A DNA stretch of 64,000 bases. It comes from Podarcis melisellensis (Eukaryota). The notes below the pieces were generated by a model, which made no database searches, was not told where the DNA came from, and saw only the letters and a program-made list of their open reading frames with translations. This document shows positions 63,033-64,000 of the stretch, one piece after another. Position 1 is the first letter of the stretch. Each line of letters opens with the position of its first letter. The position numbers were made by a program, and so were the translations under genes. The DNA is taken from assembly GCA_964234715.1 (NCBI GenBank), contig OZ174278.1; one strand, given 5' to 3'.

Positions 63033-63273
63033 CAGTGGTACCTGGGTTACATACGCTTCAGGTTACATATGCTTCAGGTTACAGACTCCGCTAATCCAGA
63101 AATAGTACCTCGGGTTAAGAACTTTGCTTCAGGATGAGAATAGAAATCGGGCTCCGGTGGCGCAGCGGCAGCAGGAGGCCCCATTAGCTAAAGTGGTGCT
63201 TCAGGTTAAGAACAGTTTCAGGTTAAGAACGGACCTCCGGAACGAATTAAGTACTTATCCCGAGGTACCACTG
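63033..63273 (+). mobile_element. Tigger/pogo-like MITE, copy 5
   Basis: TA|cagtggtacctgggtta...tatcccgaggtaccactg|TA. Confidence 0.9.
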
Positions 63274-64000
63274 TATTGGTGTAGAAAACTGGTAGGTAGG
63301 GCTAAAAAAAGTAACAGTGGAGCAGAGGCGATGTTTCAAAAGGGAAAAGCACCTGGCTAAGGAAATATAATGTATCCCCTTTTCTGCTTGTTGCAAAGCA
63401 GCCCTTGATGATGTTTTGCAGTGGTGAAATGGCTGCTGAGTTACTGCTACAAACTTGCATGTCATTACAATACTACAAATCTGCATTGGCTGCAATGTAA
63501 CTTATGTGGTTTGCCTATTAGGTTATAACAGGATTCTCTGCTCCTTAGAATATAAACCTCATTCCCAATTTCTGTTAATCTTATTGCTTGCCTTACCAGC
63601 AAAGCTCCTGGTGTGTTTTAAGATTTTTTTAAAAAATATAAATATAAAATAAACTAATAGAGATTAATTAAATATAGGGCCTGATCTGCAAAGAATGAAG
63701 CTGGCATCTAGAAAAAGACATTATTGGGGCTTCCCTGGCCACTGTAACATAAAAGCCATTCTAAATATAGGGTTAAAAAAAAGTGTAAAGAGGTGTGTGT
63801 GGTTAGAAATAATTCAAGCAGATGATAGATAATAAGGCCTTAATTGCTTCCTTTGGCTCAAGAGAGCCCTCTGGCTACTGAATTCTAGATTTAACCAATC
63901 TATGTTCACCCTGTAGCTTTTTATCACACAATGCTATTACTGGGACATTTAAAATACTGAACGGCATTCTGAGTAGTAGAATGATCTACCATGGCAAAGC

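Larger units (their letters stand above)
54152..64000 (-). other. EPHA3: EPHA3 intron upstream of exon 3 (continues beyond window end)
   Basis: Polypyrimidine tract plus AG at 54153-54152; short exon 2 (NLLDS...GELGW) not recognised in the window. Confidence 0.8.

Noticed and set aside
1-64000. CRISPR arrays, prokaryotic operons, rRNA
   Set aside because: Sequence is vertebrate intronic DNA; no repeat-spacer arrays or rRNA similarity seen. The remaining 60-130 aa ORFs show no recognisable domains.

Overview
AT-rich vertebrate genomic DNA, most likely from a squamate (lacertid-type lizard), judged from its Sauria SINEs, Squam3-type SINEs, L2 tails and reptile Penelope fragments. The whole window lies inside EPHA3, transcribed on the minus strand. 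Only one exon is present: the 661-bp ligand-binding/cysteine-rich exon 3 at 53491-54151. Positions 1-53490 are the long downstream intron and 54152-64000 the upstream intron. The introns carry a young 5'-truncated L1 with an intact ORF2 C-terminus and 19-bp TSD, an older L1, four Sauria SINEs plus a fragment, five Tigger/pogo-like MITEs, several hAT MITEs (one nested), a solo LTR, a decayed Gypsy pol, L2/CR1 remnants, microsatellites and a 161-N gap. Most notable observations: (i) a Penelope-like insertion with an intact minimal hammerhead ribozyme core, sense to the EPHA3 pre-mRNA, plus a mutated antisense copy; (ii) a ~97.5% identical 121-bp inverted repeat around a 456-bp spacer; (iii) a tentative fossil of a rolling-circle (HUH Rep/SF3 helicase, CRESS-virus-like) gene at ~14.1-14.6 kb; (iv) clusters of PBX-HOX/MEIS motifs that may be intronic enhancers. 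Family names come from motif recognition by eye, not database searches.
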